NCBI GenBank assembly: GCA_021297855.1
Contig: JAJTHM010000063.1
Coordinates: 203 to 64,202, forward strand
Direction of reading: 5' to 3'
Source of the DNA: Sphingobacteriales bacterium
GTDB lineage: Bacteria; Bacteroidota; Bacteroidia; Chitinophagales; JADJOU01
DNA: 64,000 bases
This document shows positions 9,201 to 18,354 of the stretch, in pieces. Under the pieces are notes generated by a model. The model ran no database searches. It saw only the letters and a program-made list of their open reading frames with translations, and was not told the origin of the DNA. The translations under genes and the position numbers were made by a program. Positions within the stretch are counted from its first letter, which is position 1. Each line of letters begins with the position of its first letter.

Positions 9201-12200
9201 CATTCAGAATTTAAAATCGAGTTATGAGCCGGGAGAAAAGACCAATATTAGCTTGACAGGAAGTCAGGTAGGACAGCGCATTTGGTATTCTATCATCCGA
9301 AAAAATCAAAAATCGAGTCAAGCATGGACAGATGGTAGATCCGCTAAATTCTTTCTAGACCTGAAAGAAGAGGATAGAGGAGGAGCTTATGTTCTATGGA
9401 CGAGTATATGGAATAATCGCCTCTATTCAAACAAAGAATATTTAAATATCCCCTTTACCAATAAAGAGCTAGACATTGAATACACGAGCTTTAGAGATAA
9501 ATTAGCTCCAGGTCAGCAGGAAGAGTGGCGTATTAAAATCAAAGGTAAAAAAGGAGATAGAGTGATGGCAGAGGTTTTAGCCAATATGTATGATCAGTCC
9601 TTAGATGTATTCGCACCGAATCATTATTCCTTCTTTCCTTATCAGTCCTTTAGTGAAGGTTCTTCTATAAGTTCGCATAGCTTTACGCAGATAGGAAGTG
9701 AAGTCAGCTACCATAATCTAAATAGAGATAAATACTACGAGGTGGACGCGAAAACCTATCCGCAACTTCTTTGGCAGGATTCGTACTATGGCGTTGGATT
9801 CTACGGTGGTGGTCGAGGAAAAGGTCTAGTTAGCAGAATGGCAAAGTCTGTCAAAGCAGAAGCTATGGATGATGCCCCAATGGAAATGGCTACGATGGCA
9901 GCAGCGCCTATGGCTGCATCTGTTAATGGAATTTCAGAAGAAGATAAAGTAAGACCTCCAAAAATGGTTGATGTATTTAAACCTAGAAAAGAGAAAAAAA
10001 CTGGTGAAACAAAAAAACCAGACCCTATAAAAGTCCGCACTAATCTCAATGAAACCGTTTTCTTCCTTCCTAATCTAATGACAGATGCAGAGGGCAATGT
10101 TATTATTAAATTCAAAATGAATGAGGCCTTGACCAAGTGGAAGTTTATGGCTTTGGCTACGACGAAAGATTTGCAGATAGGGATTTCTGAGAAATCTATT
10201 GTCACGCAGAAAGACCTGATGATACAGCCGAATGCGCCTCGTTTTATGCGCGAGAATGATGAAATCTACATGACAGCACGTGTGACGAATTTATCGGATA
10301 AAAAAATAGCTGGCTGGGCTCGGCTAGAATTGTTGAATGCGGAGAACAATAAAGACGTGAATGAAAAATTTGGTTTGACTCAATCTCAGCAAATGATCGA
10401 AATCGAAGCAGGGCAGACCAAGGCGGTGGAATGGAAATTGCAAGTTCCGGAGAATATCTCTGCAATGACCTATAGAGTTCTCGCCAAGGCGGGCAATTTC
10501 TCTGATGGCGAGGAAAATACGTTGCCTGTTTTAACCGATAGAATGATCGTCACAGAAACGATGCCGTTTCATTTACGAGCGAATTCGAGTAAGACCTTTG
10601 ATTTCAAAGAAATGGCGGATAAAATCAAATCTCCTACACTGAAATCTAAAGTCTTTACCTTGGAGTATTCTGCGAACCCAGTTTGGTATGCGATTCAATC
10701 CTTGCCTTACCTTATGGAGTATCCCTATGAATGCACCGAGCAGATATTTAGTCGCTACTTCGCCAATTCACTCTCTAGTTCTATTGTACAGCGCTATCCA
10801 AAGATTCAATCGGTCTTCGAGTCGTGGAAGGGTACAGATGGAATGTTAAGTAATTTATCTAAAAATCAAGAATTAAAATCTGCCTTACTAGAAGAAACGC
10901 CTTGGGTATTGGATGCGCAGAGCGAAGAAGAACAGCGCAAAAACATTTCCGTTTTATTCAATCTATCTCGACTGGCAGAAGAAGAAAAATCGGCTATTGA
11001 TAAATTGTATATGCGTCAAGGTTCTTCAGGCTCTTTCCCTTGGTTCCCCGGTGGTTCGGACAATCCTTATATGACGCAATACGTCTTGGAAGGCATGGGG
11101 CATTTGAGTTTCCTCGGAGTGAAGAGTTATGAAACCAATGATAAAGCCAAAGCAATTTTAGATCGAGGTATTTCCTTTTGTGACGATTATATCGTAAAGC
11201 ATTACGAAGAAATGAAAAAATGGGTGTTGAGGAGTAAGGGAAATTTGAATGATGATCATTTGGATCCTTTTGCTATCCATTATCTATATACCCGTTCATT
11301 CTTTAATCATCCTATACCGAATGCTGCACAAAAAGTTATAGATTATTACAGTGGTCAAGGTAAAAAATACTGGGTCAATAAATCCATTTATCAGCAAGGG
11401 ATGCTAGCCCTTTATTTGCATAGAAAAAAGGATAACTCCACCACGCCTGCGATGATGAAATCTTTCCGTGAGCGCGCCAAAGTCAATGAGGAGAAGGGAA
11501 TGTACTGGGATAATGACTATGGTTATTTCTGGTATGAATTACCGATAGAGACACACAGTTTGATGACAGAGGTCTTCGAATACTTGAGCGAAAATCAAAC
11601 AGAGAAAGACAATCTCAAATTGTTCTTATTGAAGAATAAGCAGACCAATCGATGGAAGACGACGAAAGCCACGGCGAGTGCTATTTATGCTTTATTAGGT
11701 GGCAAGAATGATAAATTGGAATTGCCTTCCATGCCTACCATAAAAGTCGGAGAGGAAGTTTTGGATTTCTCAGTCAGCAAGATAGAGCAGGGAACAGGCT
11801 ATATCAAAAAAGCGTGGAAAGAAGATGAAATAAAAGCGAATTTCTCGAAGATAGAAGTTTCCAATCCGAATGCGAATGTGAGTTGGGGAGCGGTTTACTG
11901 GCAGTATTTAGAGACGATGAATAACATCAAAACCAATCAATCCAGTCCACTAAAAGTGCAGAAGAAAATCTTTATTGTGACCAATACTGAGAAGGGAGAA
12001 GTGCTCGACGAAGCCACTGCGTCCAACATCACTATAGGTAAGAAATTGAGAATCCGACTGACATTGATGGTCGAGCGCGAAATGGAATTTTTACATCTGA
12101 AAGATATGCGCAGTGCAGGACTAGAGCCTACAGATGCCGTTAGTGGTTACAAATGGTCCAGCGGTCTCGGCTACTATCAAACCACACGCGATGCTTCCAT

Positions 12201-12363
12201 GAATTTCTTCATCGACAAGATTTACAAAGGAACCTACACTATAGAATACGACCTTAAAACCAATCTTAAAGGTAAATTCTCCAACGGTATCACGACCTTT
12301 CAATTGATGTACGCACCTGAATTCAATAGCCACAGCCAAGGGCAGGAGGTGATTATTAGATAG
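6295..12363 (+). CDS. alpha-2-macroglobulin family protein (thioester-containing, secreted)
   Basis: 2022 aa with signal peptide MKLSLIALFFLGLSSTLMSQ. Thioester motif YPYECTEQ (CTEQ at 10732-10743). MG-domain-like repeats. Low-complexity candidate bait region AMDDAPMEMATMAAAPMAAS. Confidence 0.9.
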   Translation: MKLSLIALFFLGLSSTLMSQDYSKEWQEVEAFQQKRLPKSAFEKANDIFEKALIANNQEQIVQSIFYLQNLSSQLEEIEYDSRSQKEIKFIEKHLEKVNGGAKSILLSFLANKYSQFLDQNYWKIKDRTKNTGSRAEDLALWTMEDIENMTLELYLKSLEDETNKKIKIAQYSKLISNTESNYCQTLYDFLARRAIQALSNERHYISQPVHTFQPLLDHFSAASSFIKWPINSGKSDSKKYTVLKLYQTLLADHITDSDPTIFIDLDLQRMAFVYNNLEYETKSEIYKKNLQALFEKYQNHSESYYALLTIAQVLSSESQNYRSTKDSSDQWKLKESVAVCNQIIEKCPDQNIVAQAKNHKNNILQNIQFSPTLEKVYLPNKPILGHLQYTNLDKIYYRIYNKKIDVNNLYEETYDPKEQFRKIFENSIAHQGQFALTNPGDYFSHTTELDFPSLPVGNYTIVYSKSAEFNLGGNLLHAVSTSVSNLAYFQHREVAHTDMHIYAVDRATGKPLSDVEVSLYQTYWSNKRQTKFIKTLNSNSEGLVQYPIENYQNNNYFFVLKKGADVLSELQEDYFYRDYNHDQEGISDNYSLFLDREIYRPDQTIYFKGIAYQSSNKANPKLLTNKPIEVIFRDANYQEIAKKSFVTNEYGTFHGEFTAPKGGLLGRMTLTINNNSTKEVRIEEYKRPSFEVLFDTFRQQVKLSQEVKIQGTGKAYSGANLPNTSVKYRVTRATNYPYWRCWWMPIPSEEKQIAFGETKTDANGKFNLSFLAEPGKENAWDKNPIYQYTVKIEMTDITGEMQMGSTSVSVGKVDFKLNADVRPTYGKDDKLEIPFFVQNINGQFVDKKVDIKITKLSDPMVLYQTRYWEKPELYLITESEFRKKFPYLPYGNEDRIENYKKGSVIYTTSKQASKTTGLEGLSLDIKSYKGGAYKLTLSALDQDGKELSIDKYFTILDEQDLSKNKPVHIQNLKSSYEPGEKTNISLTGSQVGQRIWYSIIRKNQKSSQAWTDGRSAKFFLDLKEEDRGGAYVLWTSIWNNRLYSNKEYLNIPFTNKELDIEYTSFRDKLAPGQQEEWRIKIKGKKGDRVMAEVLANMYDQSLDVFAPNHYSFFPYQSFSEGSSISSHSFTQIGSEVSYHNLNRDKYYEVDAKTYPQLLWQDSYYGVGFYGGGRGKGLVSRMAKSVKAEAMDDAPMEMATMAAAPMAASVNGISEEDKVRPPKMVDVFKPRKEKKTGETKKPDPIKVRTNLNETVFFLPNLMTDAEGNVIIKFKMNEALTKWKFMALATTKDLQIGISEKSIVTQKDLMIQPNAPRFMRENDEIYMTARVTNLSDKKIAGWARLELLNAENNKDVNEKFGLTQSQQMIEIEAGQTKAVEWKLQVPENISAMTYRVLAKAGNFSDGEENTLPVLTDRMIVTETMPFHLRANSSKTFDFKEMADKIKSPTLKSKVFTLEYSANPVWYAIQSLPYLMEYPYECTEQIFSRYFANSLSSSIVQRYPKIQSVFESWKGTDGMLSNLSKNQELKSALLEETPWVLDAQSEEEQRKNISVLFNLSRLAEEEKSAIDKLYMRQGSSGSFPWFPGGSDNPYMTQYVLEGMGHLSFLGVKSYETNDKAKAILDRGISFCDDYIVKHYEEMKKWVLRSKGNLNDDHLDPFAIHYLYTRSFFNHPIPNAAQKVIDYYSGQGKKYWVNKSIYQQGMLALYLHRKKDNSTTPAMMKSFRERAKVNEEKGMYWDNDYGYFWYELPIETHSLMTEVFEYLSENQTEKDNLKLFLLKNKQTNRWKTTKATASAIYALLGGKNDKLELPSMPTIKVGEEVLDFSVSKIEQGTGYIKKAWKEDEIKANFSKIEVSNPNANVSWGAVYWQYLETMNNIKTNQSSPLKVQKKIFIVTNTEKGEVLDEATASNITIGKKLRIRLTLMVEREMEFLHLKDMRSAGLEPTDAVSGYKWSSGLGYYQTTRDASMNFFIDKIYKGTYTIEYDLKTNLKGKFSNGITTFQLMYAPEFNSHSQGQEVIIR

Positions 12364-12374
12364 TGTTAACCTGA

Positions 12375-14039
12375 TTATTTGGGTTGAATTATTATTAAAT
12401 AATTTGAATCAATAGTTTTACTTCTTGTTTCGGCGCATAGAAATGGCAAGCTAAGCTTTGTTATAGTAAATGCCGGAAACACTTTAATTGTTTTGTATGA
12501 GATATGGTTTTCATTAAACTCATTTAATCCATTTTGATTAATGAAAATCCAACTACCTGGTTTGACACTCTTTAAATTTGCCATATTAACCATAGGTGTA
12601 GTTCTTTTCGCATAAAAATCAAGTGAATAGCTTAAATTGGTATAATGAAAAAACATATCACCCGGAATGTTATGTTCAGCAATCATTTTACCAGCCTGAG
12701 AACTTGCCTGATATTTAAGTAAATTGGGATAAAAGTTCAATGCCATCACTAAATTTAAACTTATAGCCGTAATGAGTGTAGGGATAAAAATTCGCTCAAC
12801 ACTTCCTTTTAATTTTTTAAATGCATAACAATTTAATAAAAAAAATATCGCTAAAATGAATGGTGATATTGCATTTTTAGGTGGGAAAAAGAAATTAAAA
12901 TTAACAATAATCGCTATCCAAAAAAATTGCATGATACCGAACTGTATTTTTGAAAGGTGCGAAAGAAATTTATCCCGAAGACTATAAATAAAATCGGACG
13001 TGATAATGGATGCGAAAGGGAAGAGAACAAAAATATAATGGGGCAATTTATAGCTCGACATGGAGAGTGCAATAAAAACAAAGAAAAACCCTCCCAAACT
13101 AATGCATTCTTCATTAGTTCCAATCTTAAATCTATAAAGAAATATTTTTCTGATTTTTGATATAAAGGCTAGAATAAATATTAGAATCCAAGGTTGAAAA
13201 TCCCATAGAATAGTATGAAAAAAATAGAAGTATCCATTACCATTTTTCCATTGGTTCTCACCAGTGATGCGTCCAAAACTTTGTAACCAATAAAAAAATC
13301 TTAACCCTGAAGGACCTTGAATGCCATTCACAGTTTTTTCGGGATGCAGATCAAATTGTGTATAAAGCCCATAACTCATTGGAATGAGCGTTATTGCAAT
13401 TATTATTAGCATAACAATCCACTGTGGATTTAGAATTGTTTTCCATTGACGCTTTAGAAGAAAATCAGTGCCAAAGGCTGCTGCAGGAATGACAAGTGCA
13501 ATAGGACCTTTGGCCATCATAGCCCCTCCCAAACCAATAGAGGCCAAAATCAAATGACTCCATTTCGACTTGATTAAGTATTCACTTATTTGCCAAATGG
13601 AAAACATAACCAGCCCCATTAAAATGGTATCCGTTCTCACATCGTTGGTCATTAGAAACATTGCCTGGCTTGTGGCTAATATAAGTGCCGAAAGCACTGC
13701 CGTTTCTTTAGTGTACCATAGTGAAGTAAATCTATAAAGACTATAAATACCAACAATAGCAATTAGAACGGAGGGAAATTTATATGCAAAACTTGAAATG
13801 CCAAATGCCATGAAAGATAAAGAGGAGAGCCAAAAAAGCAATGGAGGTTTATCTAAATAATCTTGTCCATGAAGATAAACATGCATAAAACTTTTTGTGA
13901 TATACATTTCCATGGAAATAAGAGCATATTGGGCTGCATCTATTTCCATTACATCTATAAACATATTGAAAAAATATACTAATAGTATGGATAGGAATAA
14001 AACTGCATATAACTTAGATTGACTGGGTATAAATTGCAT
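12375..14039 (-). CDS. GT-C glycosyltransferase, family 39/83 (ArnT / PMT-like)
   Basis: Polytopic membrane protein of 554 aa with DAAQYA...YLDKPPLLFWL near the N-terminus, typical of ArnT/PMT_2 enzymes. Confidence 0.75.
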   Translation of the reverse strand: MQFIPSQSKLYAVLFLSILLVYFFNMFIDVMEIDAAQYALISMEMYITKSFMHVYLHGQDYLDKPPLLFWLSSLSFMAFGISSFAYKFPSVLIAIVGIYSLYRFTSLWYTKETAVLSALILATSQAMFLMTNDVRTDTILMGLVMFSIWQISEYLIKSKWSHLILASIGLGGAMMAKGPIALVIPAAAFGTDFLLKRQWKTILNPQWIVMLIIIAITLIPMSYGLYTQFDLHPEKTVNGIQGPSGLRFFYWLQSFGRITGENQWKNGNGYFYFFHTILWDFQPWILIFILAFISKIRKIFLYRFKIGTNEECISLGGFFFVFIALSMSSYKLPHYIFVLFPFASIITSDFIYSLRDKFLSHLSKIQFGIMQFFWIAIIVNFNFFFPPKNAISPFILAIFFLLNCYAFKKLKGSVERIFIPTLITAISLNLVMALNFYPNLLKYQASSQAGKMIAEHNIPGDMFFHYTNLSYSLDFYAKRTTPMVNMANLKSVKPGSWIFINQNGLNEFNENHISYKTIKVFPAFTITKLSLPFLCAETRSKTIDSNYLIIIQPK

Positions 14040-14055
14040 TGAAATTAGATAATTA

Positions 14056-15660
14056 TTAATAAGCGATCTTCACCCTTCTCAAATCCAAACCGTTCACTAC
14101 ATTCTGTCTTAAACCTTGGATATTTTTCTGCACGAGTCGTATAGACTGGTCATAAAAAATGGGCACTATAGGCGATTCTTCTACTAGGATTTGCTCCAAC
14201 TGTTTAGTCAATTGTTTCCGCTGTGTAGGACTCATTTCTGTTATTAATTTATCGTAAAGTTTGTCGTACTGAGCATTTGAAAATTGAGTGTAGTTTGGAG
14301 GGCTTCCATTTTTTGAATATAAACAAGCTAAATAATTCTCGGCATCGGGGTAGTCTGCCATCCACGATCGGCGAAAAAAGCCGAGTTTCCCTTGAGCAGC
14401 TAACTGCATCATCATATCGGCAGGGTGCAGTTTGATTTCAACCTCAAAGCCTGAATTGGTAAGCTGATTCGACAATAGCTCTGCCATTTCGACAAAACTA
14501 TTATTGATATGAAGTTCTAGTTTAGGTCTTTTTGTCGTTGAAAATCCTAGATTTTTGACCAGGTCTTTTGCTTTTTCTAGATTATAACTATAACCAGTGA
14601 AACTCGTGTCATAATTAGGCATTCCAGCCGACACGAAACCTTTATTCGCAGGTAGCACTAGATTGTACTTTAGGTATTGAGCGATTTCTGGGCGGTTGAT
14701 ACTATAATTAATCGCTTGACGAATCGATTTGTTTTTTAAAATAGAATTCGAATCCACCGCTCGAATTGCCATGTATTCGGTGTTGAGAAATGGTTTTTTG
14801 TAAAGCTGTGCTTTGGTTTGCCATTCGGGTAGAAGTTGTCCTTTTTGATTGAAAACTTGATGAATGATGTTTTGGTCTAAACCGGTGATAAAACTCAAAT
14901 TTCCTTTTTCAAAAGAAAAGAGTTCAGTTTTTTTATTTTCATTGAAGGTCACTTTCACATAATCCAAATAGGGGAGAGCCACACCATTATTATCTCTTAA
15001 ATGATAGTGTTGATTTTTTTGGAGAAATAAAACTTCCCCATCTTCCCATAGTTTGAATGTAAAAGCACCTGTTCCAGCGGGATTTTTTCTAAAATTCTTC
15101 CCATAATATTCAACAGCTTCTTTCGGCACTATAGCGCAGTAAGACATAGATAAGACTTGCAGAAATTGGGCATTGGGTTGGCTGAGATTTATCACGATAT
15201 GAAAAGAATCGATGATTTGAAATGGATGCAGGCTGTCCAATTTGTTTCGCAATGCCCATGAACCAGGGGAGGCCGTTTTAGGGTCAATTAATCGCCGAAA
15301 GGAATAAGCAACATCAAAAGCATTGAATTGTCTCGTGCTGTCAGAAGTTTGAAAACACGGATTTTTATGAAAATAAACACCTTTTTTGAGACGGAAATGA
15401 TAGCGAAGTTGATTGGCTTCTATCCAAAAACTATCAGCTAGGAGACGCTCTAATTCAGCATTGGAATCCAAAATAAACAAACCTTCGTATATGTGACTAC
15501 ATGCCCAAGTGGCAGCTATATCCTTTGCAAAAACGGGATCTAGGCTATTTAATCCTACTGCTTGGTTGTATTTGAAAGTATTGGACTTAATCTTTGAATT
15601 CTTATCTTGACAGGAAAAAAGAATGAAAAAAAATAGGTAAAAAATAAAATTGATTTTCAT
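14056..15660 (-). CDS. ABC transporter substrate-binding protein, family 5 (peptide/nickel type) lipoprotein
   Basis: 534 aa with lipoprotein signal MKINFIFYLFFFILFSC. SBP_bac_5-like sequence (LNSLDP..., YHFRLKKGVYFH, NPAGTGAF, WMADYPDAENYL). Confidence 0.8.
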   Translation of the reverse strand: MKINFIFYLFFFILFSCQDKNSKIKSNTFKYNQAVGLNSLDPVFAKDIAATWACSHIYEGLFILDSNAELERLLADSFWIEANQLRYHFRLKKGVYFHKNPCFQTSDSTRQFNAFDVAYSFRRLIDPKTASPGSWALRNKLDSLHPFQIIDSFHIVINLSQPNAQFLQVLSMSYCAIVPKEAVEYYGKNFRKNPAGTGAFTFKLWEDGEVLFLQKNQHYHLRDNNGVALPYLDYVKVTFNENKKTELFSFEKGNLSFITGLDQNIIHQVFNQKGQLLPEWQTKAQLYKKPFLNTEYMAIRAVDSNSILKNKSIRQAINYSINRPEIAQYLKYNLVLPANKGFVSAGMPNYDTSFTGYSYNLEKAKDLVKNLGFSTTKRPKLELHINNSFVEMAELLSNQLTNSGFEVEIKLHPADMMMQLAAQGKLGFFRRSWMADYPDAENYLACLYSKNGSPPNYTQFSNAQYDKLYDKLITEMSPTQRKQLTKQLEQILVEESPIVPIFYDQSIRLVQKNIQGLRQNVVNGLDLRRVKIAY

Positions 15661-16391
15661 TTTACATCTATGTTTTTAATCCGATAATAAAACAAATCAT
15701 TGAATTTCCAACCTTTTTCATTTATCATTTCAAAACATATAGTATATTTTAATTTATCGTTTGAATCTATATAGCTTAAGTAATACTTAGTCAAGTTTTC
15801 TTCTTTTTGATTCCAATAGTGAAGTGAATTTAAATCAAAATAAAAACTATTATGTTCATCAATCAAGGGGAATTCTAATTTTTTAGTTTCAATTCTATTC
15901 TTAAAGCTTTTCGTATAAAAACTTGATGCAAATTTTTGAGTTACTTCTTTTGGGTATCTTAATGATAGCTGGAAGTAGTTTGAATAAAACTTTTCTAAAA
16001 AGTCATATACCTCTATATCTGATTTTGTTGTAATATCAATAATTAGAGGTTGAAATTTTTTCACTAAAGATTTATTACTACCATAGATTTCATCAATGAT
16101 AAAGTATTCACCATCTTTAGATCGACAAATAGGAGAATTGGAAGAATCCAAACGATTGCCAACTATTCTTTTTTCATAAATATCACAAGTTTTACATGCA
16201 TAATACAAAGTAAAAGAATCAATTGAATAATTCGAATCAATTGGTGTAAATTCAATACTTGTAGATATTTCCTTTGAAGTCAAGTAATACTTTAATTTAA
16301 AATTTAGCCCTTTAATCTTTATGCGATTACTTATTTGACCAATTGATGATTGAGCTGAAAAAATAAAGAAAACAATCAATAATCTATGCAT
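15657..16391 (-). CDS. hypothetical secreted protein
   Basis: 244 aa with signal peptide MHRLLIVFFIFSAQSSIGQ. Its stop overlaps the start of the downstream SBP gene by 4 nt. No family recognised. Confidence 0.5.
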   Translation of the reverse strand: MHRLLIVFFIFSAQSSIGQISNRIKIKGLNFKLKYYLTSKEISTSIEFTPIDSNYSIDSFTLYYACKTCDIYEKRIVGNRLDSSNSPICRSKDGEYFIIDEIYGSNKSLVKKFQPLIIDITTKSDIEVYDFLEKFYSNYFQLSLRYPKEVTQKFASSFYTKSFKNRIETKKLEFPLIDEHNSFYFDLNSLHYWNQKEENLTKYYLSYIDSNDKLKYTICFEMINEKGWKFNDLFYYRIKNIDVK

Positions 16392-16493
16392 AAATCAGAA
16401 ATAATAATAAAATACTAAAGTAACTACACATAATTTTATCACTTTCGGAAGACAGGCAGCTGACTAAATAAACTATATAAACTGACTATAAAA

Positions 16494-17804
16494 TCACTTA
16501 ATAAATATCCACTGGATCATTTCTTTCCAACCCACTTTCTTTCCATAAAGAAGTATTCCTGTCTTATATATTCTCGAAGCTAAAAAGATAAAAAATATGG
16601 TCGTGCAAATCATAATAACCATAGATAACATAAGCTGCCATAAAGGAACTCCTTCTGGGATACCGAAAACTACACGACTAATCATCACTACTGGAGCGGT
16701 AAAAGGCACCATACTAGCTACGACTGCTTCCGTACAATTTGGATTATTGATAGATTTGCTGAGAAATATAAACGATAAGAAAATAGGCATCATTATGGGC
16801 ATCATGAGCGACTGCACATCTTGTGGATCGTCCCCTACAGAAGCTCCTACCGCTGCGAATAAAGATGAATAAAGAAAGAAGCCACTAATGAAGTAAAAAA
16901 GGAATAGGAGGAATATTGATACAAAATTGTTTGATTGTAAATTATGAAAAATAATTTTAAAATTAGGATTGTTGAAAATAGTAAAAATACCTCCTTGAAA
17001 ATTTTCGGGCATTGAGTTAAGTTGATTTGCTCCTAATATAAACGCAAGAAAAAGATTGATAATAATTATAAAAAATCCCCATACACTTAACTGCAATAAG
17101 CTTACCATACCAATACCTATTATTTTCCCGAGTAGTAGCTCAAAAGGCTTAACACTACTGATGATGATTTCTACAATGCGATTCGTTTTTTCTTCCATCA
17201 CTCCACGCATCACTTGTGCTCCATAGATAGTGAGTATGACGTACATCATAATACCAAGTCCAAAACTCAGTGCATAGGCTATTCCTTCTTTAATTTCATT
17301 TTCCTCTCCACCCGTTACTGATTTATAAAAAGGTTGAATCTGTTTCTTGACTTCTTCTATTGTTTTCATATCGATCGATTTTCCTTCGAATCGTTTGGTC
17401 TCAATGAGGTTTTGAAGAATGGATTCTAATTTATTTTTTGTCAATAAGCCTACTTTAGTATAGGTCATGATCTGAAACTTACCAACTAAGAGGCTGTCCA
17501 GTTGGTTGGGAACTATAAGTATAGCATCGAATTTATCTTTATCTTCCAGTTTTGCATTCGCTGGAATTAATTTATCCATTGCCTTAAATTCAAAATTATC
17601 TTCGTTCGTTAAATGCGGCAGCACGTAGCTCTTCTCGTCGATAACGCCTATTCTATGTGTATCGGTATCTGTGGAGGTAAAAAAGAAGATAGTTCCATAA
17701 AACAAAATAATTCCAATGGGCAGTAAAAGCGTAGAAATTAAAAATGTTTTATTTCGTATGCGAATAGAGAAATCGCGGAAAGCTATGAGGAGTATTTTTT
17801 TCAT
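16494..17804 (-). CDS. ABC-2 type transporter permease (NatB-like)
   Basis: 436 aa: one N-terminal TM helix, a large loop, then five or more C-terminal TM helices. This is the typical ABC2_membrane_3 layout, and it lies in an operon with the ABC ATPase. Confidence 0.8.
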   Translation of the reverse strand: MKKILLIAFRDFSIRIRNKTFLISTLLLPIGIILFYGTIFFFTSTDTDTHRIGVIDEKSYVLPHLTNEDNFEFKAMDKLIPANAKLEDKDKFDAILIVPNQLDSLLVGKFQIMTYTKVGLLTKNKLESILQNLIETKRFEGKSIDMKTIEEVKKQIQPFYKSVTGGEENEIKEGIAYALSFGLGIMMYVILTIYGAQVMRGVMEEKTNRIVEIIISSVKPFELLLGKIIGIGMVSLLQLSVWGFFIIIINLFLAFILGANQLNSMPENFQGGIFTIFNNPNFKIIFHNLQSNNFVSIFLLFLFYFISGFFLYSSLFAAVGASVGDDPQDVQSLMMPIMMPIFLSFIFLSKSINNPNCTEAVVASMVPFTAPVVMISRVVFGIPEGVPLWQLMLSMVIMICTTIFFIFLASRIYKTGILLYGKKVGWKEMIQWIFIK

Positions 17805-17848
17805 GTGGAATTTAGGGATAAATTTTTTCTAGCTAAGGTAAGACAAGG

Positions 17849-18100
17849 TTATGCCACTATGGTTTCTTTGGCCTTTCGCTTAGTCACATCAAAACTAAAA
17901 AAGCCTTCAACCGATAAATCTTCGCCTAACTTCTCCCAATGAATCCATTCACCATCACTCCAAAGTTCATAGTTTTTTAATTCTTTCATAGTTGCTTCTC
18001 GTAACCTTGGAAACCATTCTAAAGGCATGGATGCTTTTTTTCCATCCTCAGTTTCCAATATAATAAACTCTTGATCAAAGCTTAAATTCTTAACTCGCAT
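17849..18100 (-). CDS. DUF2442 domain protein
   Basis: 83 aa. The pattern ...LETEDGKKASMPLEWFPRLREATMKELKNYEL..DGEWIHWEKLGEDLSVEGF is typical of DUF2442. Confidence 0.75.
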   Translation of the reverse strand: MRVKNLSFDQEFIILETEDGKKASMPLEWFPRLREATMKELKNYELWSDGEWIHWEKLGEDLSVEGFFSFDVTKRKAKETIVA

Positions 18101-18111
18101 ATTCTTTTATT

Positions 18112-18345
18112 TTAACTAAAAAATTCATTCCACCTAGAAATTATGACATCCTTATTTTCTTCTATAATGCTAAGCGCTAGATGAATGTCTTTGGATTTCA
18201 TTCCTTTATTTTCTATTAGTTCAATGTTGGGTTCTATAGCGATCTTTGCGGTACCATCAGCATTTTTCAGATGAACATGTATGGGCGAATGCTCGTTACT
18301 GAAAAAGAAAAATCGAATACCAAAAAATCTAAATATCTCAGGCAT
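18112..18345 (-). CDS. DUF4160 domain protein
   Basis: 77 aa. The pattern FRFFGIRFFFFSNEHSPIHVHL is typical of DUF4160. It lies directly upstream of its usual DUF2442 partner. Confidence 0.75.
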   Translation of the reverse strand: MPEIFRFFGIRFFFFSNEHSPIHVHLKNADGTAKIAIEPNIELIENKGMKSKDIHLALSIIEENKDVIISRWNEFFS

Positions 18346-18354
18346 ATCACAAAT

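Noticed and set aside
9801-10205. 134-aa minus-strand ORF inside the macroglobulin gene
   Set aside because: It is entirely antisense to a 2022-aa ORF with clear family motifs. Its Ala/Ile/Ser-rich sequence mirrors the Met/Ala-rich bait region on the opposite strand.
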